This document shows positions 1-11,232 of a stretch of DNA of 64,000 nucleotides, in pieces. Origin of the DNA: Veleropilina oligotropha. Taxonomy: Eukaryota. Position 1 is the stretch's first letter, and each line of letters starts with the position of its first letter. Both the position numbers and the translations under genes were made by a program. The stretch lies in NCBI GenBank assembly GCA_048128005.1, contig JBEUKZ010000032.1:310001-374000 (forward strand), written 5' to 3'. The notes below the pieces were generated by a model, which worked only from the letters and a program-made list of their open reading frames with translations, did not search any database and was not told the DNA's origin.

Positions 1-1705
1 ACGAGGCACCACCACCAAGACACGCTCGCCTCCTAATCGGAGAGTAGCGAGCGGTCTTAGACCAGGCAGTGCGGGATTTGCTCCTAAAAAGAGCGATATA
101 TCCCGCGCCGCCCAGCACACCAGGATTTTACAGCCATTTCTTCCTGGTCCCGAATCCCGATGGCCGCTAGCGACCGATCTTCGGTCTCTCGTAAACTATA
201 TCTTCGTACCGAGAAATTCCAGCAAGAATCCCTCTCGAAGATACGAGCGGCCATCCATCCGGGCGACTGGGCAGCGTCTATCGATCTGACCGACGCGTAT
301 CTGCATGTCCCGATGCATATCACGGCTCATCAGTACCTTCGGTTTACACACAGGGAGACGATCTACCATTCAGGTGCCTACCGTTCGGTCTATCGTCAAC
401 CCGTACGTCTTCACGAGAACAGTACAGGCCGTTAGGGCCTTCCTACACTCTCTAGGGCTCAGGGTACATATATACCTCGACGACTGGCTGATCCTCGGGG
501 CGTCCCGAGATCTGTGCCTCCGGTCTACGAGCTTTACCCTGTCATCAACGAAGCGCCTGGGATTTCAGATCAACGAGACAAAATCCTGCTTCGTACCCTC
601 GACGACGTTTACGTTCCTCGGAGTCGACTTCGATACGGTCCGGTACACCGCGAAGCCGACCCAGAAGCGTATGCGGAACCTACGCGCGGTTATCCGAGAC
701 ACCCTGTCATCGGACATAACTACGGCGCGACTACTGGCCACTGTCCTGGGGCACATCGAGTCGGTAGCGCCCCTGCTACCGACGGGTCGCATGGACAAAA
801 GACCGTTACAACAGGCGTTCAGGGATCGCTGGATACAACGGACGGGGCAGTGGACGGATCGCATCGATCTACGGCATTGGGTTACCGACACGACAGCAGT
901 GTGGTTGAACCCCGCTTTGCCGGACCAGTCGGTTCCTATATCCCCACCAGAGCCGAACGCTTACCTGTTCACAGACGCTTCGAACGACGGCTGGGGTGGT
1001 CACCTCGACAGCTACGAGACATCAGGCCTATGGCCGACAGACCTTCAGGGACGACATATCAACTTCCTAGAGTTAGAGCCGTCTACCTGTCAGTACGGTC
1101 CCTCTCGTTACATCTCCGCAACAAGCATAATGCTCGCCACGGACACAGACTGTCGTCGCTTACATACAGCACCAGGGCGGCACTCGCTCGCGTCCCCTTT
1201 GCGACCGAGCATTAGACCTACACCGCTTAGTGATGTCCCTCAACTCGACTATTCGAGCCCGACACATCCCGGGAAAGCTGAATGTCAGAGCGGATTCGCT
1301 CTCTCGGAAATCACAGATAATACACACAGAGTGGACGCTACACAGCCGAGTAGCTCGGGACGTTGTCGCCGGTGGTTACAACCCCAAGTCGATTTGTTTG
1401 CAACAGAATTCAATTACCGACTACCTCTGTATGTCTCCCCGTACCCAGACCCGGCCGCCCTAGCGGTCGACGCACTGTCAATGACATGGGAGAATCTGTC
1501 CGCGTATGCCTTCCCCCCGACGTGCATTCTATCACTGGTATTACAGAAGGCAGCGACCGAACGTTGCGAGATAACGCTAATAGCGCCCCTCTATCGCACG
1601 CAACCTTGGTTTCCGACCCTACTCGATCTGATCGTCGATCGACCGTTAGCGTTACCGCAGAAACTAGACCTGTTAATGCAGCCACGCACCAGTGTACTCC
1701 ACTAG
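1..1705 (+). pseudogene. DIRS RT-RNaseH-methyltransferase ORF, frameshifted
   Basis: Pieces lie in ORFs 160-435, 305-1705 and 1230-1463 and are co-linear with the 1045-aa ORF of copy B. Several frameshifts. Confidence 0.9.
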
Positions 1706-2803
1706 TCGCCGAACCACTTACGTTTACACGCCTGGCGGTTATCGAACGATCCCTTGCTAAGAAAGGTTTTTCTAAAGCTACAGCCTTACGTATCTATCGA
1801 TCGAGAAGGATTTCCACGACAAAAGTCTATGACTACCGATGGGTTAAGTACGTGGATTGGTGTCACAGCAGGCAGGTCAATATACTCCGTCCCCCTGTGA
1901 ACAAGTTTATCGAGTTTTTATCGTCGCTCTTCGACCGCGGTATGTCAGTGTCCGCCGTCAAAGGCTATCGGGCAACGATCGCGACCACGTTAAAACAGTG
2001 TCGTGCCCATGCCGGCCTATCAAGCGACCGAACGATATCAGATTTTATACGATCTTACGAACTCGAGATACCGACCCGGAAAATCAAGCCACCTGCTTGG
2101 AATATCGTGCCTTTTCTTAACGCATTACTCTTACCCCCGTATGAGCGATGTCAGAGACAACCATGAGGAACTTGACGCACAAACGGTTTTTCTGATCGCC
2201 TTAGCGTCGGGCAGGCGTTGTTCCGAGATTCATGCTTTCTCCTCCGAGCTAAGAGATATACGATTCCAGTCAGACGGGTCGGTGATACGGCGTCCTATTC
2301 TGGGCTTCCTAGCCAAGAACCAACGGCCGAACGAGGACGCACCCGTTGTTGTTATCCCCAAGCTAACGCTAGTCGGAAGGCGCGACACAGACCGCTTCAA
2401 TTGCCCGGTCCGGGCGCTTCGGTTCTACCTAGACAGACCCGTGATTTGCGGCAGGGAAAATTACGTTTATTCATATCGTATTTGCCCACCTACACCCGCG
2501 ACATTACGAGGACTACTGTTTCGCGGTGGATTTCACAGACAGTGATGTATACATCCGCTGTGACAACGAAGACCGCACTATTTTATCGGTCCGCGCTCAC
2601 GAGGTCCGGGCTATTGCTGCATCTGTGCCTTCCGACATAGTTTGAATATCACTGCGTTACTTCAAGCAGGTTATTGGAAACACGCTAATGTGTTTGTTAA
2701 CCATTATCTGCGGGACTACTCAACAGGGGCTGATTGCTTGAGCAGTTTACAGTGTGTTGCTGCACAAAGAGTTATTGTTAGACCGAGGTCATCTAACCAG
2801 TAA
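1363..2803 (+). pseudogene. DIRS tyrosine recombinase, frameshifted
   Basis: SGRRCSEIHA (R), LAKNQ (K), CPVRAL, AHEVRAIAAS (HxxR) and GYWKHANVFVNHYLRD (W, catalytic Y) read across frames; stop TAA at 2801-2803. Confidence 0.88.
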
Positions 2804-4111
2804 GTATTGTCTTCTCTGATTGATCATTTGCATATTTACTGACGCCATTTTATTTTTGTTGGCCAAACGGTGCTATGAAATTAACACCTATGAGGCAGTT
2901 CAATGTCTGTTCATTTCTTAAATCTAATTTAAGATTTTGTACTTTTCATGTCAGACCTGAGTGGTGACAGCCAGATTACATTGAATTTAATAAAACAACT
3001 TTTATAATTTTGCACAAATCTTAAAAAAAGATTGAGGTTCAATATTATTATGTTCGTTGCTGTAATCGAACATACGATGTTCAATACATTAAAAAATGTT
3101 GATTCCTTAACATTTATTTTTAAGTAACATGTCGAACATTTTTGCTTCCTTAAAATTTATTTTAAGTGACATGTCGTCCATGTTAGCGTTCGCAAGTTGG
3201 TCATGCGAATTACTTATTAATATCGATTATTTATAATAATCTATTAATTCTTTGCTTTTGATTTAAAGCTTTCACAACCTGTTAGGTTCCGTGTGCTTAC
3301 AAATCCGACTGCATCCTCTGGCTACCGGCCTATAGGCCCGGAGTCCCATTTGGCTGCCACTGGTCCATGACACGTAAGACCTACAGGGATTTATCCTTCC
3401 GGCCGTGCCTGGGGCTGATTGCACTTCCGTTCACCTCGTCCGACTAATACCACGGCGTATTCTCCCGGTAACACTGGTCGAAATTCTCGCTTGGTAAGAG
3501 TAGAATATAATACTCAGTAAAATTCCACTCTAGGCGGACACAATCGACGCTTCATGCTGATTGAATTGGTGACAAGTAAGTCATTATCTTGTTTGGGTTT
3601 GTTGTAAGGAACGTCTTACCCACCTATCCAAGGTTATTCTGGCAAGAGTAAGGACGTAAGTATGTTTGTAACTACATATGAGGTTTTAATTTAAACCTAA
3701 TATTAGTATAAAACATACTTACGTCCTTACCACGATTACCCACCCTGCGTTTCGCATTCCTCCCCTCTACTACGTTCCTTTGTGGTTTTTGAACTTTGAA
3801 TTGATGTCATGTGACTTCTATGGTTCAGAAGTCTCGCGAGACTTGGCGAGATCTCGCGGGGGAACGTGGGGGAGGGGGAGCAGGGGAGGTAACCGTGGTA
3901 CGTTTTTGCGTCTTTGACTTATTAATAGTGCATAATGTGACTTATTCACTGTTTCCGGTTGGCAATAATATTACTATTATGGCAAGAGTAAGGACGTAAG
4001 TATGTTTTATACTAATATTAGGTTTAAATTAAAACCTCATTTTGCGAATGTACATGTTGCATAGAAAATTAGCAAAAAGCATTTAATTTTGTTGCAAATT
4101 TATATATAATT

Positions 4112-5820
4112 AAAGCTGCGAGCAGCTGTGAGGGCTTCAATCAGATAAATGAAATAAAAAAAAGACGTAAAATACAAAAAAATAAAAAAGTTTAATTTAA
4201 AAAAAAAAAAAATTACAAAAAAATACTAAATTTAAAAAAATATTTTTTATATTTTAAGATATACATATGGCCACTCTGAATCGAATGCCGCCAATCTTAG
4301 ATTTCTACGCCGAAAGTGCTAGGGGGGCCGGAAAATTTTGAAACCTAAATGCTATGAAATCTATTATCTTGTGCATTAACCTATGATGGAAATTAAGAAG
4401 TATCTATAATAATGAATGCGCAACTGGACTGACCAACAGAATATCAATGTTTTCACCATATATTAACAGTTAATGAATCATGTAGCCTTCTGTTGGCTAA
4501 ATGTTTACTTAAGCCTGATAGCAGAACTTCTCAAGGGCCTTGCTGTCCACTGGACAGGGTTGCCACGCGGCTTTATGACACCTCAAAGAGACAGGCTCAT
4601 AAACTGCCTACTTCATCTGATAAGGCAATTAGCACTGAGCTGGTCGCGCCGAAATGAGACGAGGAATTAAAATAGTATTTTTTAAACAATGAAAGTACTT
4701 ATTGTATTCTTGTCACAATTCTCTAATATAACGATCTTTATATAGTATATTTTATGCGAAAATCTGGAAGAAAAAGGACGATTTTTAGAGGCGCTATGAA
4801 GCAATATTCATCTAAAAAAACTAAGTCTAATAACTCTCAAGCAACTCATTTTAGCGATGTATTCTATAGATATTACATTAGATATTTTCGATACGAATAA
4901 AATGAATTGCGTCACGTTTCATATAAATGAAAATTAAAGAAGTTACAGTCAATTTAATATTAAATTTAATGTCTTCATAACTCCTTTTTAATTTGTCTCA
5001 CAAAGTATTCCATTAGAACAACATATACCGATATAATGCTTTGTCAAAACTACCAAGTGTCGATAAGATCACGCTACTCAGTTCTGAGAAAAGCGCATTT
5101 TAATGTTTTCAAAAAATCAAAGATTGCGACGAAACCATGGCATTTATTGGCTAAAATTTTGCGGCAAACATTACTTGATATCGATGCGCACTCACCCTGG
5201 AAGATTGGAAAGATTTCGTGGAGTGCATTGAAAGATACTGCAGAAATGAAAAATTGAAAAAACTTCAAAATTTTGTCAAGATTAGGACGCCTGTAGCGAT
5301 CTTAGCATTGAAAAAATGAAAATTTCATTTCCAAGAGATTGTTGTCTCAATAGTCTAGATCATGCCTTTGAAGATTTTGTCTCGATCTCGAAAGCCGTGT
5401 AAGACTTATATCGTTTTTGAAAAGAGGTCATTTTTAATTTTGTCAAGATTAGGACGCCCGTAGCGATCTTAGCATTGAAAAAATGAAAATTTCATTTCCA
5501 GGAGATTGTTGTATCAATAGTCTAGATCATGCCTTTGAAGATTTTGTCTCGATCTCGAAAGCCGTGTAAGACTTATATCGTTTTTGAAAAGAGGTCATAT
5601 TTTTTTACAAAATTGAAGATTACGACCAAAGCATAAAATCCCGAAACTTGAAAATAGAACGAGGCAATGCTTCAATGATGTGCCCAAGCACACATGAATT
5701 TTGAAAGCTGTAGCTATAGCCGTTTTCGCGCTAAAGTGCCCACAAAAAAACGTCAGAATAAGAATAATAACCGGTACAATTTCAATAGGGCTTCAAGCTT
5801 GAAAGAGCTTGAAGCCCTAA
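4112..5820. mobile_element. Non-autonomous Helentron-like (HINE) element with 167-bp internal duplication
   Basis: AGGGCTTCAA near the left end recurs in the terminal hairpin TAGGGCTTCAAGCT-tgaaag-AGCTTGAAGCCCTA (~5786-5819). Tandem duplication at 5271-5437 and 5438-5600. Confidence 0.5.
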
Positions 5821-5975
5821 TTATAGGCTTAGATTTTTAATGGGCTCTCTGTGATCATTTATGTGGGACCCTTTTAGATGCGTTATGTTCTTATCAATCC
5901 ATCATAATTTATGTGATTCATGACTGTGACACAATGTATAAATGTAATAATTGTTTTGTTTAATTTTTCTTTCAG

Positions 5976-6078
5976 AAATTATTTTATAATGGTCTCCATG
6001 TTCTTCATGGTCCAGGTGGTCAATAACTATGCATTTAAGTTTAATATTTCAATGACTCTACACATGGTTTTCAGATCG
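5976..6078 (+). CDS. SLC35B4: SLC35B4 UDP-xylose/UDP-GlcNAc transporter, internal exon (NYFIMVSMFFMVQVVNNYAFKFNISMTLHMVFRS)
   Basis: Flanked by ttcag and gtaagt; translation matches the SLC35B4 VNNYA..LHMIFRS segment. Confidence 0.92.
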
Positions 6079-6349
6079 GTAAGTTGAGTTTTACATAATA
6101 CAGTTTATCTATACTTCAAATGTTAAACAGTAAGATTCAAATCAATTCAGGGTGAATTAGACTTACATCCACAACATTTATCGTTCCATATGTACCATAC
6201 ATTAACATCATTGTATACGAGTTAGTAACATGACATGATCAAAGTTGAATTTACATACAGTATTTGTTTAATTGCACATGAATCTACCCCTTCTGGAAGA
6301 CACTAGATACATCAATAGTATTGATCAAAATTTTGAAGATGAATCTTAG

Positions 6350-7130
6350 GTTATGGGCTACCACAAGAAGTTTGACCCTGATCTTGGAGGATGAAAGGAA
6401 GAGCGTGGTGATCCGGAAGTAGCCGACTCCACTTGTCCAAGGGTATTGTATTGGATCCAAATCGGGCGACTATGCTGGTCAATCCATCCTGGCACCACAT
6501 TCTTTTAAAGAACGTCACCACACAGGCACTGTGGAGGCCGACATTTTCGTCATGCATAATTTTCCCACCTCCAATCTTCTGCTGGCATGGAAAAACAAAC
6601 TACCAGATATTTGCATTCAGATAATGGATTCCACTCACATTGCCATTAAACACATTGAGAGGGCCGTGCGATGGCTAGGGCTGTCGCCCGACACATTGAG
6701 AGGGCCGTGCGATGGCTAGGGATGTCGCCCGACACATTGAGAGGGCCGTGCGATGGTTAGGGATATCGCCCGACACATTGAGAGGGCCGTGCGATGGCTA
6801 GGGATGTCGCCCGACACATTGAGAGGGCCGTACGATGGCTAGGGATGTCGCCCGACACATTGAGAGGGCCGTGCGATGGCTAGGGATGTCGCCTGACACA
6901 TTGAGAGGGCCGTGCGATGGCCAGGGATGTCGCCCAACACATTGAGAGGGCCGTGCGATGGCTAGGGATGTCGCCCGACACATTGGGAGGGCCATGCGAT
7001 GGTTAGGGATATCGCCCGACACATTGAGAGGGCCGTACGATAGCTAGGGATGTCGCCTGACACATTGCTGCCGCCACCAAACCAGTGACATAGTATGAGG
7101 GTGATGTCCGCTTAGTGATCCATTGGCCAC
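6350..7130 (-). pseudogene. Decayed Tc1/mariner transposase fragment
   Basis: The minus strand gives FGGGS..V(S)GDI..RTAL and RMD*PA*SPDLDPIQYPW, degenerate forms of the Tc1 motifs GGGSVMVWGGI and WPARSPDLNPIEHVW. Confidence 0.7.
6650..7067. repeat. 41-bp minisatellite, 10 copies plus a partial
   Basis: Unit ACACATTGAGAGGGCCGTGCGATGGCTAGGGATGTCGCCCG repeats at a 41-bp period from 6650 to 7060. Confidence 0.97.
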
Positions 7131-7585
7131 TTCACAATTCTGTGATGAAGATCCAGCCTATTATAATTGAGTTAACTTTCATACAGTTCAATCTCTTTAC
7201 TAACAACATGAACAAATTACATGCAAAAGGTATCATATATATAATTTCTAACGTATCAATTACATTTCTGTATTTTTCTTGTGGTGTTGTCGATGGAATT
7301 GACTGGTAGCTCATTTCTTTTTCTTTTCCATATATTGTTGCATTTCATGCACTTTACACTCATAGCTATTCATGTAAAACAAGGCTTCTGTCAGATAATG
7401 TAGGAACGTAATGTAAATAGCCGTGGGTACCTGACAATGACTATTGTGTAAGTTATTCATGTTTTATCTGTTGTGCACAGAATTAATTATTTTATTTTCT
7501 TGTGGCTCACCCCCCAAAATTATTTTTTGTCATTGATTGTGTACGTTTAACCAACTCATATATGAACTTTGTTTTGTATTCATAG

Positions 7586-7720
7586 GGTTCTCTCATGGCC
7601 AACCTGGTGTTAGGAGTAATTCTACTAAATAAATCATACAAGATGAGCAAGTATTTGGCTGTGGTGCTAATATCTGTGGGAATATTTGTTTGTACAATAG
7701 CATCCGCTACGGATATACAG
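7586..7720 (+). CDS. SLC35B4: SLC35B4 exon (GSLMANLVLGVILLNKSYKMSKYLAVVLISVGIFVCTIASATDIQ)
   Basis: Flanked by catag and gtatgt; in frame with the previous exon. Confidence 0.93.
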
Positions 7721-7981
7721 GTATGTCATGGTATTTTATGTTCAAATATTTCTATATAATTTCTGGTCCCATGTTCCAATTATTCCATATTGTATCATAT
7801 TTTAACCGAGTTGTGACAAGCCCTATGATTTCTCGGAGCATCAATCGATCAGATATAAAAGTTCTTGGAACATTCAATTGTTGAGCTCTGGTCACTGGCT
7901 CATTTGTCCAGCGGAATAACCTGTATGCTATGCTGTCTGTAGCCATAAATAATGTAATTATATGGGGTTTTTTAATTTTAG

Positions 7982-8045
7982 ACAGCAAATAGTTCAACTG
8001 AAAAACCGGATGGATTGATGAGCGACTTTGTTATATGGTTAATCG
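7982..8045 (+). CDS. SLC35B4: SLC35B4 exon (TANSSTEKPDGLMSDFVIWLI-G)
   Basis: Flanked by tttag and gtgag; phases 0/1 fit both neighbours; corresponds to the variable loop and the VWWLLG segment. Confidence 0.8.
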
Positions 8046-8112
8046 GTGAGTCATCTTCTGACTTGATTAATAAGATGTTTGTATTATTTCTTCAGTACTT
8101 ACAGGCTCAAGA

Positions 8113-8575
8113 TTTTATCATAAGGCCTCTGGCGGATAAGAGTTCATGGGGCTCTGAATTCACTAGCTTGATGGCTCTGCCTAACAGACTTTATCACAAA
8201 GCCTCTGGCGGATGAGAGTGCATGGGGCTCTGAATTCACTAGCTTGATTCACTAGCTTGATGGCTCTGCCTAACAGACTTTATCACAAGGCCTCTGGCGG
8301 ATGAGAGTGCATGGGGCTCTGAATTCACTAGCTTGATTCACTAGCTTGATGGCTCTGCCTAACAGACTTTATCACAAGGCCTCTGGCGGATGAGAGTGCA
8401 TGGGGCTCTGAATTCACTAGCTTGATGGCTCTGCCTAACAGACTTTATCACAAGGCCTCTGGCGGATGAGAGTGCATGGGGCTCTGAAGTGACTAGCTTG
8501 ATGGCGCTGCCTAACAGACTTTATCACAAGGCCTCTGGCGGATAAGAATATACGGGACTTGCAATTCATTAGCTT
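8113..8575. repeat. ~76-89-bp tandem repeat, about 5-6 copies
   Basis: TTTATCACAAGGCCTCTGGCGGATGAGAGTGCATGGGGCTCTGAATTCACTAGCTTGATGGCTCTGCCTAACAGAC recurs; some units carry a 13-bp internal duplication. Confidence 0.92.
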
Positions 8576-9184
8576 GGCTGTGTTTGAGCCTCATTTGGAA
8601 ACAGTAGCATTTAATTTTATCCTTGCTAAGTTACCAGCCAGAGTTGTCAGTAACTGGCAGGATAGAGCGGTTATTCACGGCGTCCGGCTTTCCTCCATTG
8701 ATAATATAGTCATATCCTGGTATGGGTCTCAAGGTTCATAAAAGCAGGATGGTATGCTATGCATCGATCCAATGCAAAGCTTTGTTACATGTAACCTTGT
8801 GGAGTAGTCCATAACAGGCCTGATTGTCGTTCAACGGATAATCAATCGGTGGTTTCCTTACGAGGACAGGATGATGTGTCAAAGTGACATTTATATTACA
8901 ACGGGACAGACAAACTTTGCGAATGTACAAAACTCATCTGCGATAGTATTTTATTATAATTTTGATACTGTAGCATATTCTAAAATATTTTTATTTTAAA
9001 TGACTTTAACGTTCTTCTTTATCTAGCTTGTATGAATAGTTGTGCTGAAATTCTGTTAAGAATTAGACCTTTAATAATATCACCATCCTATGTTGGTCAT
9101 ATCCTTGGTTGTCAGGCAGCATGACCAGAAATGATTAATTCTGATTATTTATTTTGGGTTCTCATGAGATTTTGTATTTTTCAG

Positions 9185-9294
9185 GAATATGCATGTTGTT
9201 GTTTGCTTTGTTTTTGTCTGCAAGAATGGGTATATTTCAAGAAACTATTTACAAGAAATTTGGTAAACACCCATCCGAAGCTCTCTTCTACAAT
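9185..9294 (+). CDS. SLC35B4: SLC35B4 exon (GICMLLFALFLSARMGIFQETIYKKFGKHPSEALFYN)
   Basis: Flanked by tcag and gtaagt; contains the SARMGIFQE motif. Confidence 0.95.
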
Positions 9295-9739
9295 GTAAGT
9301 ATATTTACTACTAGAATCAATCACCGCACTGAGTTTCAGATAGAGAAATATCAGTCTCGGGTGGGATTGTTCAACAAATCCCACCCTTGACTGATATTTC
9401 TCATCTGGAACTCAAATGTGGGGCTTGATTACTTTTCTCGCATCTAAAACAGCTTGAAAAAAGCTATTTTCATTTTTGTTTACCATGCGTATTCAAATAA
9501 CCAATCACTCACCAGTTGTTCTTCCGACTCAATCAAATATAATTCTGTACTTATGGAATAAATATTTATTCAATTTCATTAGTACTTTTAAATAATAATA
9601 ATTGTAAAAGACAACAAGATGTTAAATATTAAACTCATAACATCGAGTAAGAGAAATCTCGAACTATCATACTCAGTATTACTGAGCACTTATAAGTGCA
9701 TAATGAGCTGCGTAGGGATACAATTTTTCCACCACCTTG

Positions 9740-10940
9740 TATGACCTTAGATCTTTCCGTTGTGACCATTCACACAAAATCAAGGATGCAAATTTTGTCC
9801 AGACAATATCTCAGCTACTAGAATGCCACCTTCATTTAATTTGGTATGTTAACTTACCCTGGCCCACCCTTGCACGTTGCGACGATTTTTCGTGTGCGTC
9901 CTTTGAATTTGCCGTTGTGACCTTGGACACAAAATCCAGGATACAAGTTTTGTCCAGACAATATCTTGGCTACTGTGAACGTCAGCTTGATGAAACATGG
10001 TATGCTAACTCCCTTTGATTTACCCTAGCGCGTGGCGATAAGATTTTCTGTGTGCAGCCTGTGAAATTGCCGTTGTGACCTTTGACACAAAATCTAGGAT
10101 GAAAGTTTTGTCCGGACAATATCACGGCTACTGTGTACGTCAGCTTGATGAAATTTGGTATGCTAACTCACTTTGACCTACCTTAGAGCGTGGCGACCTT
10201 TATCCAAAATATAGGATGAAGCTTTTGTCTGGATCTTTTCTCAGCCTGTATACATGTCACCTTGATGAAACTTGGTATTCTAATTAACTCACCTTGACCT
10301 ACTGTAGCGCGTGGCGATGCAATTTTCTGTGTGCAACCTTTGACCTTTGACAAAATTTTCCATGTGTACTCTTGTTCATCAGTCCCGTCCCGAAAACCAG
10401 TATTTGCGTGCAACTAACTCCATTTTGCTATAACTTCCATCTGCCTTCATGGATTGACTTGATACTTCATACACTTGTACATTTGCTTATCATCATTCAT
10501 GCTTCCCTTCTGCGACCCACCCATGACACCCTTTGCCCAAGGTCAAATGACTTAGCTCTTCCTACCAGTATTTGCGTGCGAGTAATTCCATTCTGCTATA
10601 ACTTCCATCTGCCTTATGGATTGACTTGATACTACATACGCTTGCTTATCATCATTCATACTTCCCTTCTGCGACCCACTCATGTTAGTAATTGTCTGTA
10701 AAAGACTCCACAAACCATCTTTGCTGCCCCTATGGTCAAGGTTACCATGGACACATTTCTAGTTTTCCCGAATTTTCTATTAAATTTTTCATTCAAACTT
10801 TTACATGATGGAGAGCTAGCACATTATTTACCCATGGGCTAGCCTACTGGCAAGTTAAAGATCACAGATTGTATATGACAGTCTGATTGCTATATATATA
10901 AGTTAGAGGTTCCCCGACAGCTCTGCATGCGGCTGTCTAT
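9740..10940. mobile_element. HINE-like element, same family as 44118-44431/51862-52699, opposite orientation
   Basis: 10800-10940 is similar to the reverse complement of 44118-44260; internal repeats contain GACCTTTGAC. Confidence 0.6.
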
Positions 10941-10993
10941 TTTCTATTTAAGTTCAAGGCATTTAATATACTTTTGTAAATAATTTTTTTCAG

Positions 10994-11069
10994 CATGCGC
11001 TCCCATTGCCTGGATTTCTGTTACTCGCGTCTGATATCAGTCATCATATGTCGTTATTCAATCAATCTG
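10994..11069 (+). CDS. SLC35B4: SLC35B4 exon (HALPLPGFLLLASDISHHMSLFNQS)
   Basis: Flanked by ttcag and gtgggt; contains the HALPLPGF motif. Confidence 0.93.
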
Positions 11070-11232
11070 GTGGGTACTGAAATATCTCAAGTAATGCTAT
11101 TGGCTAATGCACCATCTTATTGTGAAAATCCATGTATTAAAATATCCGATCTCTTTGAATTATGTGTTGGCGAGCATTATATATATACTCTTTTAGATAT
11201 TTTAAATATTTTTCGTATAAATGTTTTCCTTG

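Larger units (their letters stand above)
1..4040 (+). mobile_element. DIRS-type tyrosine-recombinase retrotransposon (copy A), 5' part outside the window, frameshifted
   Basis: RT (IDLTDAYLH, YLDD), RNase H (FTDAS..GWG, HINFLEL), DAM-like MT (DLFA..DAL..W..YAFPP) and YR motifs are present. The ICR at ~3640-3731 has a right half complementary to the 3' end, which terminates at ...AAAACCTCAT 4040. Confidence 0.93.

Noticed and set aside
6650..7067. CRISPR-like appearance of the 41-bp array (also the 31-bp array at 35612-36310 and the 33-bp array at 19353-19484)
   Set aside because: The units are head-to-tail with no unique spacers, there are no cas genes, and the context is a eukaryotic intron.
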